A DNA stretch of 64,000 nucleotides from Candidatus Poribacteria bacterium (GCA_965208325.1 OZ242326.1:1888001-1952000); one strand, 5' to 3'; numbered from the stretch's first letter, positions 19,633 to 30,228 are shown. Translations and numbers: made by a program. The notes: generated by a model from the sequence alone, not told the origin.

Positions 19633-21489
19633 CTACCGCCGTTTAAACCGGCTTTCCAATTCGATTTTGCCCATCTCGACAACGATTGGGCGCGCGTGCG
19701 GGCAATTGAACGGTAATTTTGCTTGGGATAGATCCTTGACCAACGCGACCATTTCATCCATCGTCAGTGAGTCGCCCGCTTTGACCGCGGATTTGCAGGC
19801 GAGCATAACCAGCGCATCATCCTGCACGCCGAGCAGTTCATCGGGAGGGATTTCATTCTGGGGCAGCCGATCCAATAGGTCTGTCACTGTCATTGCGATT
19901 GACGATGTCGCCAACATGGCGGGAATTGTACGGACGAGGATGGTATTGCCTCCGAACTGCTCGAGTTCGAAACCGAGTTTCTCGAAAAGGGCGGCGTGGG
20001 CATTGAGTGTGGTCAATTGCTGTGAGGTGACTTCGATTGTTGCCGGGAGTAGTAACCCCTGCACCGGAATCCCGTCCGCTTTCAGTTGATGGACAAATTG
20101 CTCGTAGAGCACCCGCTCGGCTGCGACATGCTGGTCGATGAAAAACACACGGTCTTTCGCCTCCGCCACGATGTAGGTATTAAACAGATTTGCCTTCAGT
20201 TGTACATCTTCAAAATCGAAGAGTTCGAGGGCCGTGCCATCAGGGATGGCGCGTTCAGGCGGTTGGATATCCGCCGGCGTTCCAGAAGGGAGCGGCTCAA
20301 CCGCACTTCCAGCAGTTTGCTCAGCCTGCCACGGCGGTTGAGACGCCGGGTTAATCCGGACGCCGGTTCCGATTTCCAGCCCGGTTTCCGCAGTTTGGGA
20401 GAAGATTCGGGGGGTTTCATCAACACCGAACGCACCCTTATTTTCGAATGGAGTACCGGCCGGCGATGCCGGTTGCGCCGCCTTGTCAAGCCGCGGGATA
20501 TACTTGTGCTTGTGGACGCCGCTGTTTATCATGCGCGAAACGGCGCTGAAGATTGCGCGTTCATTTCTAAAACGTACCTCGATTTTGGCGGGGTGCACGT
20601 TCACATCGACTTCTTGCGCGTCCATCGTCAGGAACAGGAAAGCCACGGCGAACCGATCCTTGGGCACCATGGCGCGCATGGCTTCGCCGAGGGCAGCGCC
20701 GATAATCTTGCTGCGGATAGGCCTGGCGTTCAGAAAAAACAGTTGATAGCTGCGATTCGATTTAGTGAGCTCGGGTTTACCGATGAAGGTGTGCAGATGA
20801 AGGTTGGGCAACTCCGCGTCAAATTCGATTAAGTTTTCGGCGAACTCCTTCCCGTAGAGCAGGCGAATCCGCTCAATATAGGAATCGCAGGTGCGGACGT
20901 CAATCAGGGAACGGCGGTCGTGGGATAGGGAAAATTGAACGTTTGGGTGCGCGAGCGCCGCCCAAGTCACTTGGTTGGTGAGATGGTTTAACTCGGTGGT
21001 GTCGGTTTTCAGGAATTTCAGGCGCGCGGGGACATTATAGAACAGGTTATTGATAGTGATATGCGTGCCCGGCGAACAGCCGCTTTCCTGCACGGATTTT
21101 ACGACTCCGCCTTCAACGGCAATCTTTGTGCCCGCGAGGTCATCAGATTTACGCGTCAGCAACTCAAGCTGCGATACGGACGCGATACTCGGCAGCGCCT
21201 CGCCGCGGAATCCGAATGTGTGAATGTGCTGCAAATCTTCAATGGTGCCGACTTTGCTTGTGGCGTGGCGTTTTAAGGCGATCAGGGCGTCGTCGCGGGA
21301 CATGCCGGTGCCGTTGTCGGAGACGCGGATGAGCCGTTTGCCGCCGGCGCGGATTTCAACGTTTATCTTGGTGCTCTCGGCGTCAATGGCGTTTTCGATG
21401 AGTTCTTTGACTACCGACGCGGGCCGCTCGACAACTTCGCCGGCTGCGATTTTGTTGGCAATATCGGGCGGAAGAATTTTGATTGGCAT
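19633..21489 (-). CDS. mutL: DNA mismatch repair endonuclease MutL
   Basis: IAAGEVVERPASVVKELIEN, GFRGEAL, DVNVHPAK, plus C-terminal endonuclease motifs DQHVAAERVLYE, ACK and CPHARP. Confidence 0.97.
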   Translation of the reverse strand: MPIKILPPDIANKIAAGEVVERPASVVKELIENAIDAESTKINVEIRAGGKRLIRVSDNGTGMSRDDALIALKRHATSKVGTIEDLQHIHTFGFRGEALPSIASVSQLELLTRKSDDLAGTKIAVEGGVVKSVQESGCSPGTHITINNLFYNVPARLKFLKTDTTELNHLTNQVTWAALAHPNVQFSLSHDRRSLIDVRTCDSYIERIRLLYGKEFAENLIEFDAELPNLHLHTFIGKPELTKSNRSYQLFFLNARPIRSKIIGAALGEAMRAMVPKDRFAVAFLFLTMDAQEVDVNVHPAKIEVRFRNERAIFSAVSRMINSGVHKHKYIPRLDKAAQPASPAGTPFENKGAFGVDETPRIFSQTAETGLEIGTGVRINPASQPPWQAEQTAGSAVEPLPSGTPADIQPPERAIPDGTALELFDFEDVQLKANLFNTYIVAEAKDRVFFIDQHVAAERVLYEQFVHQLKADGIPVQGLLLPATIEVTSQQLTTLNAHAALFEKLGFELEQFGGNTILVRTIPAMLATSSIAMTVTDLLDRLPQNEIPPDELLGVQDDALVMLACKSAVKAGDSLTMDEMVALVKDLSQAKLPFNCPHARPIVVEMGKIELESRFKRR

Positions 21490-21624
21490 TATGGGTTCCT
21501 ACGATAGTGGATGACACGCCAAATTGTACCACAAAGTTTCCGATTCAACAATGGCTATTTTTTTCGCAGTACCAACGTACGGCGCGCAGGACGAATGCGG
21601 TACTGACAAACGATGAATTTTTAC

Positions 21625-21653
21625 TTGCATTCGGACGTTGCATTATGTATAAT
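21625..21653 (+). promoter_or_regulatory. Sigma70-type promoter of tRNA-Asn
   Basis: TTGCAT-17 bp-TATAAT, about 50 bp upstream of the tRNA. Confidence 0.7.
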
Positions 21654-21702
21654 TATGCCTTGTTTTCTGACGTTGCTCGGGGTTTCACCTGCGAGTCATT
21701 AA

Positions 21703-21778
21703 TCCCCTGTAGCTCAGCTGGTAGAGCGGGTGGCTGTTAACCACCTTGTCGGCGGTTCGAGTCCGTCCGGGGGAGCCA
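21703..21778 (+). tRNA. tRNA-Asn(GTT)
   Basis: 76-nt cloverleaf: acceptor TCCCCTG/CGGGGGA, D-arm GCTC..GAGC, anticodon arm GGTGG-CTGTTAA-CCACC, T-loop GTTCGAG and encoded CCA. Confidence 0.97.
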
Positions 21779-21819
21779 ATTATATTTGCCGCCGATTCGG
21801 CGGTCTACGAGTAAATACC

Positions 21820-21855
21820 AAGACCCCAGTGGGCAACCCCATTGGGGTTTTGTTG
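21820..21855 (+). terminator. Intrinsic terminator after tRNA-Asn
   Basis: Hairpin AGACCCCAGTGGG-CAAC-CCCATTGGGGTTT followed by a T-rich tract. Confidence 0.7.
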
Positions 21856-22112
21856 TGTCTGCGGCTGGTTGATGGAGTTGAACTCACTCAAGCAACCGAC
21901 ACCCAATACCCATGCGCAATAAGATGATGCGCCTCCGGCAACTAATCGAAAGCGCAGTATTGGAGTCGGAGGGTGTTAAAGCGCTGTTCTCACTTGCCCT
22001 GACCTACTATCGTGAGTAGCACCTACCGTTGTTGGATACTTAATATCTTCGCAATAATTGTGGAGAGTTGTAGTGCCGCAAAACGGTTAAAGTTCGAATT
22101 TTGAGGCGTGCA

Positions 22113-23360
22113 ATGAACAAGGCTGAATTAATCGAGCTGATTCGCAATGGGGAAAATTCGGGGGTCGAGTTCAAGCGTGATACTGTCGCAAACCATGATG
22201 TCGCTAAAGAAATCGTCGCACTGCTCAATCTTGAAGGGGGCACTGTTCTTTTAGGCGTCGAGGACGACGGTAAAATCACGGGAACATCACGGGAAAACTT
22301 GGAGGAGTGGGTGGAGGAACTATGCCAGCTTAAGATTAATCCGTCGATAGTTCCGTTTCTTTTTTGGGTAAAGCGCATAGAATCCGGTCGACATGTTCTC
22401 GCTGTTAGAGTGCCTAAAGGGCCGGACAAACCTTACGCACTAATTCACAATCGTCAAAAGACCTATTTCATCCGCGTCGGCAGCACTTCACGCGAGGCGA
22501 GCCGGGACGAAACCCAACGGCTGTTTCCGGCGTCGAGCAACTTGCGCTACGGCGTGAAACCTGTGCCGGGCGCCGGATTCGACAGTTTGGATCGACGTCG
22601 ACTAAAAGACTATCTAATCAGTGCGCCTAGAGGGCAGGCGCCTGCTGACGATGATGCAGAGGCTTGGCAGACCTTGCTGCGAAACATAGATTTTATGACG
22701 ATATCCGCATCCGCCGGTTTACCGGTCGCTACCGTTGATGGAATGCTTCTCTTTGGAATAAATCCTAACAAATTCATGCCGCAATCCGGTATTCGCGCGG
22801 TCTGTTTTCCGGGAACTGAACCCGGTTATGCGGTCCGCGCCGACGAAGATCTGCGAGGTCCGATGGTGCCCCTGCGAGCCGCCAACGGCGATATCCTCGA
22901 ACACGGCCTCGTCGAACAGGCGTGGGACTTCGTTCGCCGAAATACGACACCGACAGCTCATCTTGAGAGCGCGCGGAAAATTCAAAGCTGGGAATATCCG
23001 GAATGCGTCATTCGCGAGGCAATCGTGAACGCCCTCGTGCATCGCGATTACAGCATCACGGGCGCAGAGATAATGCTGGCAGTCTTCTCTGATCGCTTGG
23101 AGATTACCAGCCCCGGACGATTGCCAAATACAATTACCACGGACGGCATTAAAGCGGGCGCACGTTCCGCTCGCAACCAGACGCTGGTTTACATTATGCG
23201 TGACTATGGTTACGCCGATGCGGGAGGTATGGGAGTACGAAATCGAATTATTCAGTCTATGCGCGACCACAATGGCACAGAGCCCGACCTGATTGAAGAT
23301 GAAGCCCGTTTTACCGTACGGTTGTGGAAGGAACCCAAGACACACAATCTTAACAAATGA
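22113..23360 (+). CDS. Schlafen/AlbA_2 domain + HATPase_c_4 (RecG C-terminal-like) protein
   Basis: GENSGVEFKR, KEIVALLNLEGGTVLLGVEDDG; REAIVNALVHRDYS, DRLEITSPG and RN. Confidence 0.85.
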   Translation: MNKAELIELIRNGENSGVEFKRDTVANHDVAKEIVALLNLEGGTVLLGVEDDGKITGTSRENLEEWVEELCQLKINPSIVPFLFWVKRIESGRHVLAVRVPKGPDKPYALIHNRQKTYFIRVGSTSREASRDETQRLFPASSNLRYGVKPVPGAGFDSLDRRRLKDYLISAPRGQAPADDDAEAWQTLLRNIDFMTISASAGLPVATVDGMLLFGINPNKFMPQSGIRAVCFPGTEPGYAVRADEDLRGPMVPLRAANGDILEHGLVEQAWDFVRRNTTPTAHLESARKIQSWEYPECVIREAIVNALVHRDYSITGAEIMLAVFSDRLEITSPGRLPNTITTDGIKAGARSARNQTLVYIMRDYGYADAGGMGVRNRIIQSMRDHNGTEPDLIEDEARFTVRLWKEPKTHNLNK

Positions 23361-23432
23361 AAGCGTCATAAGGAAATTGTGCGTGTTGGATTCGCGCGTT
23401 CTTCCCAGCCCGTGACGCCGGGAGACATAATC

Positions 23433-23804
23433 ATGATCAAAGGCGTGCATACGATGTTCTACTCGTCGGAGCCGGAGGCTTTGCGCGAGTTCATTCGCGA
23501 CAAACTTGGTTTCGATTCCTATACGGACGTTGGCGGCGGTTGGCTTATCTTCAACCTGCCGGAGGCGGATATGGGTGTGCATGACGCCGATCCGAGCGGA
23601 GCGCACGGTGCACCTGCCGGTACCCATGACGTTTCCTTCTACTGCGACGACATCCGGACTACGGTGGCAGAGTTGGGAAACCGGGGCGTGGTCTTTGACG
23701 GGGACGTCGTTGACGCCGGATTCGGGCTGGTAGTACACTTTGAGATGCCGGGCGGGGTGCGCGTGCAGCTCTACCAGCCGCGTTACGAGAAGAATTCCGG
23801 CTGA
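23433..23804 (+). CDS. VOC/glyoxalase family protein
   Basis: IKGVHTMFYS..FIRDKLGF, SFYCDDI..TV.EL..RGV, GFG...F.MPGG. GGAGA RBS. Confidence 0.85.
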   Translation: MIKGVHTMFYSSEPEALREFIRDKLGFDSYTDVGGGWLIFNLPEADMGVHDADPSGAHGAPAGTHDVSFYCDDIRTTVAELGNRGVVFDGDVVDAGFGLVVHFEMPGGVRVQLYQPRYEKNSG

Positions 23805-23944
23805 AACACTGGAGACAATGATATTAAGTTGCGGTCCGAACCAAATTTCGGCAGATCGGTAAGCAGACGAAGGCGTGTGCCCGATGGCCATTACGCCGTC
23901 CACTAATCCTTACCCATGCCACTAAGCACAAGGAGAAATGTATT

Positions 23945-24382
23945 ATGCAAGATTTCAATTATTTGGCGGTGATAGCCGCTGGAATCTTTCCGATGATTGT
24001 CGGCGCACTCTGGTATGGCCCGCTATTCGGCAAACGGTGGCTCACGTTGATGGAAACCACTGCGGAGGAGATTCAAGAGGGATTCAATCCGTTGAAGACG
24101 TACGGTGGGAGCTTCCTGCTAGCGCTGATTACCGCGTTTATCTTGGCGCAGTTATTGGCGGGGTTGGGAGACGCTGCGCGCGTCGTCTCAGCCGCCGGAA
24201 AGGGCGGGGACGCGGTGGCGGGTGTCTACTTGGCGCTGTTGGCGCTAATTGCATTTGTTCTCCCGGTCGGCTACCAGTCGCTCGCATTTGAAGGGCGGAA
24301 GGCGGGGCTGGTTTGGCTTAACTTAGGTTATAATGGAGTGGCGCTCATTGGGCAGGCGGTGATTATCGCGGTGTGGCGTTAG
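23945..24382 (+). CDS. DUF1761 family membrane protein
   Basis: NYLAVIAA....VGALWYGPLFGKRW, four hydrophobic segments and an AAGGAG RBS. Confidence 0.85.
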   Translation: MQDFNYLAVIAAGIFPMIVGALWYGPLFGKRWLTLMETTAEEIQEGFNPLKTYGGSFLLALITAFILAQLLAGLGDAARVVSAAGKGGDAVAGVYLALLALIAFVLPVGYQSLAFEGRKAGLVWLNLGYNGVALIGQAVIIAVWR

Positions 24383-24397
24383 GTTTGCCGCGAAATT

Positions 24398-26160
24398 GTC
24401 TGAACTGTGATGCGTGGGATTGAATGGCGGGGTGTGATTGGGGAGCACTTAACTTACTAGCCAATCTTTGGGAAGGACGGAAGGGAGGAAGACTGGAAGA
24501 AAAAATATAGCGCGGGTTGGTGGTCGGAAGGTTTCAAAAGCGTTGGGTTTCGCTACACGCTATTAGCAATGAGAAATGATTAGCGTCCGGAACGGTTAAT
24601 GCTATCGGAACTGGTTCGGATTTTTCCGCTCTACCCAACCTACAAGAACTAGCGACTATGTTTCGCGATACGGAGATCGCTCCTACAAAGACTGTCTGAA
24701 CTGTGATGCGTGGGATTGAATGGCGGGGTGTGATTGGGGAGCACTTAACTTACTAGCCAATCTTTGGGAAGGACGGAAGGGAGGAAGACTGGAAGAAAAA
24801 ATATAGCGCGGGTTGGTGGTCGGAAGGTTTCAAAAGCGTTGGGTTTCGCTACACGCTATTAGCAATGAGAAATGATTAGCGTCCGGAACGGTTAATGCTA
24901 TCGGAACTGGTTCGGATTTTTCCGCTCTACCCAACCTACAAGAACTAGCGATTATGTTTCGCGATTCGGAGATTGCTCCTACAAAGACAGTCTGAACTGT
25001 GATTTGCGGGATTGAATGATGGGTTGTGATCGGGGGAGCACTTAACTTACTAGCCAATCTTTGGGAAGGACGGAAGGGAGGAAGACTGGAAGAAAAAATA
25101 TAGCGCGGGTTGGTGGTCGGAAGGTTTCAAAAGCGTTGGGTTTCGCTACGCGCAATTCGCAAAGTGCAAGACTTAGCATCCTGAACGGTTAATGTTATCG
25201 GAACGGTTTCGGAATTTTCCGCTCTACCCAACCTACAAGAGCTTAGGAAGAACTATAAAAACTATCGCCCTCCCTATTCGGTCGGTTGATCGTTGGGTTT
25301 CGCTACACGCTAATAGCAATGAGCAATAATTAGCGTCCTGAACGGTTAATGCAATCGGAACGGAATTGGGTTTATCCGCTCTACCCAATCTACAAGAACT
25401 AGCGATTATGTTTCGCGATTCGGAGATCGCTCCTACAAAGACAGGCTGAACTGTGATGCTTGGGATTGAATGATGGGCTGTGATTGGGGGCGCACTTAAT
25501 TTACTAGCCAATCTTTGGGAAGGAAGGATGGAAGGGACGAAGACTGGAAGAAAAAATATTGCGCGCGTTGGTGGTCGAGAGGTTTCAAAAGCGTTGGGTT
25601 TCGCTACGCGCAATTCGCAAAGTGCAAGGTTTAGCGGCCGGAACGGTTAATGCTATCGGAACGGTTTTGGATTTATCCGCTCTACCCAACCTACAAGAGC
25701 TTAGGAAGAACTATAAAAACTATCGCCCTCCCTATTCGGTCGGTTGATCGTTGGGTTTCGCTACACGCTAATAGCAATGAGCAATAATTAGCGTCCTGAA
25801 CGGTTAATGCAATCGGAACGGAATTGGGTTTATCCGCTCTACCCAATCTACAAGAACTAGCGATTATGTTTCGCGATTCGGAGATCGCTCCTACAAAGAC
25901 AGGCTGAACTGTGATGCTTGGGATTGAATGATGGGCTGTGATTGGGGGCGCACTTAATTTACTAGCCAATCTTTGGGAAGGAAGGATGGAAGGGACGAAG
26001 ACTGGAAGAAAAAATATTGCGCGCGTTGGTGGTCGAGAGGTTTCAAAAGCGTTGGGTTTCGCTACGCGCAATTCGCAAAGTGCAAGGTTTAGCGGCCGGA
26101 ACGGTTAATGCTATCGGAACGGTTTTGGATTTATCCGCTCTACCCAACCTACATGAACTA
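24398..26160. repeat. Large composite tandem repeat (~296-bp and ~458-bp units)
   Basis: G(T/G)CTGAACTGTGAT at 24398, 24694, 24990, 25444 and 25902. ORFs 25233-25613 and 25691-26071 are identical. Contains TCGCGATTCGGAGATCGCTCCTAC and CCGCTCTACCCAACCTAC. Confidence 0.93.
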
Positions 26161-26223
26161 TTACGTGATTTTTGGGTATTATACATGTTTCACTATAACG
26201 TTAACTTAAATTAGGAGGAATTG

Positions 26224-26658
26224 ATGACGCTTAACACGTACATTAATTTTGAGGACAACTGCCGCGAGGCGTTTGAGTATTACCGGTCTATTTTCGGCGG
26301 TGAGTTCACATTTATCTCGACGTTCCGCGAAGGGCCGGAAGAGATGGAGGAGATGCAGATACCGGAGGAACACCTCGACCGCATCATGCACGTGTCTCTG
26401 CCGATTGGCGACAGCGTGCTCATGGGCAGCGACACGACTTCAGCGTTCTGCGCGCCGCTGGTGGCCGGCAACAACTTCTCAATATCGTTCGAGGCTGACA
26501 GCAGAGAACATGCCGACGAAGTTTTCGCCAAACTGTCAGACGGCGGTTCGGTGATGTGGCCGATGGCGGACGCCTTCTGGGGCGCATACTTTGGCTCGTG
26601 TACGGACAAATTCGGCATCAACTGGCAGGTTCTCGCCGAGAATCCACCGCATGAATGA
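26224..26658 (+). CDS. VOC family PhnB-like protein
   Basis: YINF..NCREAFEYY..IFGG, IMHVSL, LMGSD, FWGAYFG...DKFGINW. AGGAGG RBS. Confidence 0.9.
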   Translation: MTLNTYINFEDNCREAFEYYRSIFGGEFTFISTFREGPEEMEEMQIPEEHLDRIMHVSLPIGDSVLMGSDTTSAFCAPLVAGNNFSISFEADSREHADEVFAKLSDGGSVMWPMADAFWGAYFGSCTDKFGINWQVLAENPPHE

Positions 26659-26717
26659 GCGGGCACGCATCCATCGGCTCGTAATATTCACCAACTTTAA
26701 TGGGCGGCGAGACCGGC

Positions 26718-27203
26718 ATGTCGAAGATTGATAACCCCGACGTTGCACGCGTATTTGCGGGCTACCCGGCGGCTATGCGTGAAAAGATGCTGCGCCTCCG
26801 GCAAATCGTCCTAGACACGGCATCGGAGACCGAGGGTGTCGACGCGCTAGAAGAAACGCTGAAGTGGGGAGAGCCCAGCTACCTCACCAAGGGCGGCAGC
26901 ACAATCAGAATGGACTGGAAAGCGAAGGCGCCCGATCAATACGCGATGTATTTCAACTGCAACACGCCGTTAATCGCTACATTTGAGGAAGTTTACGGAG
27001 ATGTGTTCACATTTGAAGGGAACAGAGCCATTGTCTTCGGCGAGACCGACGAATTGCCGATTCCCGAATTGAAGCACTGTATCTCGCTCGCTCTGACTTA
27101 CCATCGTGTGAAGCATTTGCCGTTGCGGTGCTTCTCCGATACACACAGCGGAACATTTACGGAAAGAATCTCATGGATAAGATTGATTTCAAAAAGACGA
27201 TGA
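26718..27203 (+). CDS. DUF1801 domain protein
   Basis: LEETLKWGEPSY...GSTIRMDW, YFNCNT, FEGNRA. The C-terminus runs into the next gene. Confidence 0.85.
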   Translation: MSKIDNPDVARVFAGYPAAMREKMLRLRQIVLDTASETEGVDALEETLKWGEPSYLTKGGSTIRMDWKAKAPDQYAMYFNCNTPLIATFEEVYGDVFTFEGNRAIVFGETDELPIPELKHCISLALTYHRVKHLPLRCFSDTHSGTFTERISWIRLISKRR

Positions 27204-27781
27204 AAACGCTATACCGCGCGACCAGTAAGGTGGAGCGCGTTAACCCGGGTGTGGGCACTTTCTTTGCTGTTGATGGGCGCGGTACGCCGGGCGGGGAAGC
27301 GTTTGAGAAGGCGATTCAGAACCTCTATCCGGTGGCTTACACCGTGAAATTCGCCCTGAAAAATGCGGGAACGATCGACTTTGTTGTCCCGCCTCTTGAG
27401 GCGCTTTGGTACGACAATCCGATCGACGTTCCCGACATGTCCCAGTGGCGTTGGCGGACGATGATTCGTGTCCCGGAGTGCGTGAGCAGCGAGGATTTGC
27501 AAGCGGCGCAGGATTCTATCTTGGACAAGAAGGGCACTGACACCTCCGATGTGCGGTTAGTAAAGTGGGAGGAGGGCGTCAGCCTCCAGATCTTGCACAT
27601 CGGACCGTACGAGCAGGAGTCCTTCGGAGCTATCTACGAAGAGCTTCATCGCAGCGCACAAGCCGAGAACATGGCATTGCAGGCGCCGGGGCATGAGATT
27701 TATCTCAGCGATCCACGCCGTACGGCGCCAGAAAAGCTCAAGACAATCGTGCGGATGCCGATAGCTGGAGAATCCCCCTAG
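27173..27781 (+). CDS. GyrI-like small-molecule-binding domain protein
   Basis: MDKIDFKK..K.LY, VPPLEALW, QILHIGPYEQE and HEIYLSDPRRTAPEKLKTIVR. Confidence 0.88.
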   Translation: MDKIDFKKTMKTLYRATSKVERVNPGVGTFFAVDGRGTPGGEAFEKAIQNLYPVAYTVKFALKNAGTIDFVVPPLEALWYDNPIDVPDMSQWRWRTMIRVPECVSSEDLQAAQDSILDKKGTDTSDVRLVKWEEGVSLQILHIGPYEQESFGAIYEELHRSAQAENMALQAPGHEIYLSDPRRTAPEKLKTIVRMPIAGESP

Positions 27782-27840
27782 ATTTCTCCGAACTTCACGC
27801 CATTTACATACGTTCAATTTCAAGAGATAGCGAAACAACT

Positions 27841-28443
27841 ATGTCAAGTGAAAGAATAATCGAACTCGAACAAAAGATTGGCGAGCTAATTGCCGAGCTC
27901 AACACACTGCGCAAGAAAAACGCCGGGGCGCCGGTGCCCAACTACGCCTTTGCGACGCTGACCGGTGAGGCCACTCTACTTGAACTGTTCGGCGAAAAGG
28001 ACAAGCTACTGGCGATTCACAACATGGGGCAGGGCTGCCGCTATTGTACGTTGTGGGCGGACGGATTTAACGGATTGCTCCCGCATTTAGAGACTGCCAT
28101 GTCTGTTGTGCTGCTATCGAAGGATTCGCCGGAAGTTCAGCGCCGGTTTGCAAACGCCCGCGGCTGGCGGTTTCGCACCGCGTCGCACGGCGGCGGGGCG
28201 TACATTCGTGAGCAGTCGGTGTACACCGGCGACGACAATTTCCCGGGCGCCGTGGTCTACGAACGGGTCGGCGACACCATCCTGCGCAAGAATTCGTGCG
28301 TGTTTGGGCCTGGTGACCTTTATTGTTCGATGTGGAGCCTGCTTGGACTGGCGGGACTGGACGACGAGGACTGGACGCCGCAATACACCTATTGGCAGCG
28401 TCCATCCGAGTTGGATGACGGCGGCGCGAACGTGCTAGACTGA
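27841..28443 (+). CDS. DUF899 family thioredoxin-like protein
   Basis: HNMGQGCRYCTLWADGFNG (CxxC) and FGPGDLYC..W. Confidence 0.8.
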   Translation: MSSERIIELEQKIGELIAELNTLRKKNAGAPVPNYAFATLTGEATLLELFGEKDKLLAIHNMGQGCRYCTLWADGFNGLLPHLETAMSVVLLSKDSPEVQRRFANARGWRFRTASHGGGAYIREQSVYTGDDNFPGAVVYERVGDTILRKNSCVFGPGDLYCSMWSLLGLAGLDDEDWTPQYTYWQRPSELDDGGANVLD

Positions 28444-28476
28444 AAGCGGCAAAGCACCGCTGCGACGACGACGGAA

Positions 28477-28937
28477 ATGACGCAAGACCTATTGACGCAA
28501 GCCGCCGCGGCTGCGAATGACGGCGACCTTGCGGCACTCAGAGATTTACTCACCTCCTCCCCTGCAGTTCTCACGGCAAGAGATTCAGACGGGCGCACGC
28601 TGCTCGATTTCGCCTGCCGCGCCGCGACGGAAGACATCGCCATACCGCTGAAACCGGGCACGCCCGAACAACATGCCGCCGTTGACCTAATCCTGGAAGC
28701 GGGCGCCGACCCGTCGGCCTGCGACAAAGATAACTGGACGCCGTTGCACACCGCGATGATGCCACCGCCATGCACCTTGCGGCGCAATACAACTGTTTAG
28801 ACTGCTTGAACCTGCTGCTCGACCACGGCGCAGATCCGAGCATCGTTGACGGCGCCCACAACAGCACACCGAAGGAGTGGGCTGAATTTCAGGGTTCAGC
28901 GGAAGCTGCTGCGATATTGAGCCGGCGAGCCGGATAA
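28477..28937 (+). pseudogene. Frameshifted ankyrin repeat protein
   Basis: The first frame reads GRTLL..A...GADP..DNWTPLHTA. After ~28755 another frame continues ATAMHLAAQYN..LLLDHGADPSIVD..STPKEWA to TAA at 28937. Confidence 0.75.
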
Positions 28938-28991
28938 TGTGCTAGTCCACATCTTGCAGAACGCATTGCTCACGCAACGGCAGTGCGTGTG

Positions 28992-29021
28992 TTGACCCAT
29001 ACGCGGATTTTATGTTATAAT
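28992..29021 (+). promoter_or_regulatory. Putative sigma70 promoter with extended -10
   Basis: TTGACC-18 bp-TATAAT, with TGn before the -10. Confidence 0.5.
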
Positions 29022-29147
29022 CCCGTGCTTCAGAAAATTTTGTGATTGTTTTGGCGGAGGAGACCATGCCGCTCAACAGGTATTTAAACTTCGCGGACAA
29101 CCGCCGCGAGGTGTTTGAGTCGAGGATTTTCCCAAATGACGGTGGAA

Positions 29148-29618
29148 ATGAACCATAAAGCTAAGTTGCGCACATGTCTGTGGTTTGACCATCAGGGTGA
29201 AGAGGCTGCGAATTTTTACGTATCGCTATTGCCGGACAGCCGCATTGAAAGGGTTTACCGGCCGGATCCGGATTGCCCTGCGCTGGTGGTTGAGTTCACA
29301 CTTGCCGGTGCGCCTTATATGGTGTTGAACGGAGGGCCGCACTACGAACTTAATCCAGCGGTGTCGATCTCCGTATTGACAAAGGATCAGGAAGAAACCG
29401 ACGAACTGTGGGCGGCGTTAACCGCCGACGGCGGAAGCCCCAGCCGTTGTGGATGGCTTATCGACAAATACGGATTGTCGTGGCAGATTATACCAGAGGC
29501 ATTGCCGCGTCTACTGGGTTCCGACGATACAGCAGCGGCGCAAAGAGCGCACGACGCCATGATGAAGATGGGTAAGATAGACATTGCTGCACTTGAATCT
29601 GCCTTCGACGGTAAATGA
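29148..29618 (+). CDS. VOC family PhnB/3-demethylubiquinone methyltransferase-like protein
   Basis: TCLWFD.Q.EEAANFY, LNGGP, DQEETDELW and CGWLIDKYGLSWQI. Start uncertain (29115, 29136 or 29148). Confidence 0.9.
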   Translation: MNHKAKLRTCLWFDHQGEEAANFYVSLLPDSRIERVYRPDPDCPALVVEFTLAGAPYMVLNGGPHYELNPAVSISVLTKDQEETDELWAALTADGGSPSRCGWLIDKYGLSWQIIPEALPRLLGSDDTAAAQRAHDAMMKMGKIDIAALESAFDGK

Positions 29619-29842
29619 CGGATAACGCCGAAGGGTTGAAATTAGCAGGATTCAGGAATAGCTTGTTGCTTTAGGCAATATAATAACACTGTCGAACCAG
29701 AATAAGACTGGATTCGATCGCATTTTCGCTCCGCAATATTCCCCTTGGCTAATCGTCACATGGGCTAAGTCGGGCTAATGTAATTGCCCGGTCTAATGAA
29801 GCATATTGAGATGGACGCGAAAAGAGGATTGGACGAAGTACG

Positions 29843-30193
29843 ATGCGAGTCATGGTACTGATCAAGGCAAATGAAGCGTATGAGGGGGGCGGCATGCCGT
29901 CGAAAGCGCAGATTGCCGCCATGGGTAAGTTCAACCAGGAGATAGTCCAGGCGGGTGTAATGTTGGGCGGCGACGGATTGAAGCCGTCTTCAAAGGGTGT
30001 CCGCGTGGATTGTACGGGCGGCGAGCGGGTTGTTATTGAGGGGCCGTTTCCGGAAACGAAGGAGTTGATTTCCGGCTATTGGCTTTGGCAGGTAGAATCG
30101 TTGAATGAGGCGATCGAGTGGATTCGGCGTTCTCCTTTCGGGGAAGGGACGGTTGAGTTGCGCCCGGTTTTCGAGCCGGAAGATTACCGGTAA
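29843..30193 (+). CDS. YciI family protein
   Basis: AGV.L.GDGLKPSSKG.RV, EGPFPETKELISGYW and VELRP. Confidence 0.9.
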   Translation: MRVMVLIKANEAYEGGGMPSKAQIAAMGKFNQEIVQAGVMLGGDGLKPSSKGVRVDCTGGERVVIEGPFPETKELISGYWLWQVESLNEAIEWIRRSPFGEGTVELRPVFEPEDYR

Positions 30194-30228
30194 GCATTCT
30201 CGATTAAACCGCGTTAGTTAGGAAGAGG

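Noticed and set aside
21703..21900. tRNA-Asn as the attachment site of an integrated element
   Set aside because: No integrase and no duplicated tRNA 3' end were found by eye within the window.
24830..26214. Duplicated 126-aa ORFs and other short ORFs in the tandem repeat
   Set aside because: They are by-products of the non-coding repeat, with no RBS or recognisable domain.
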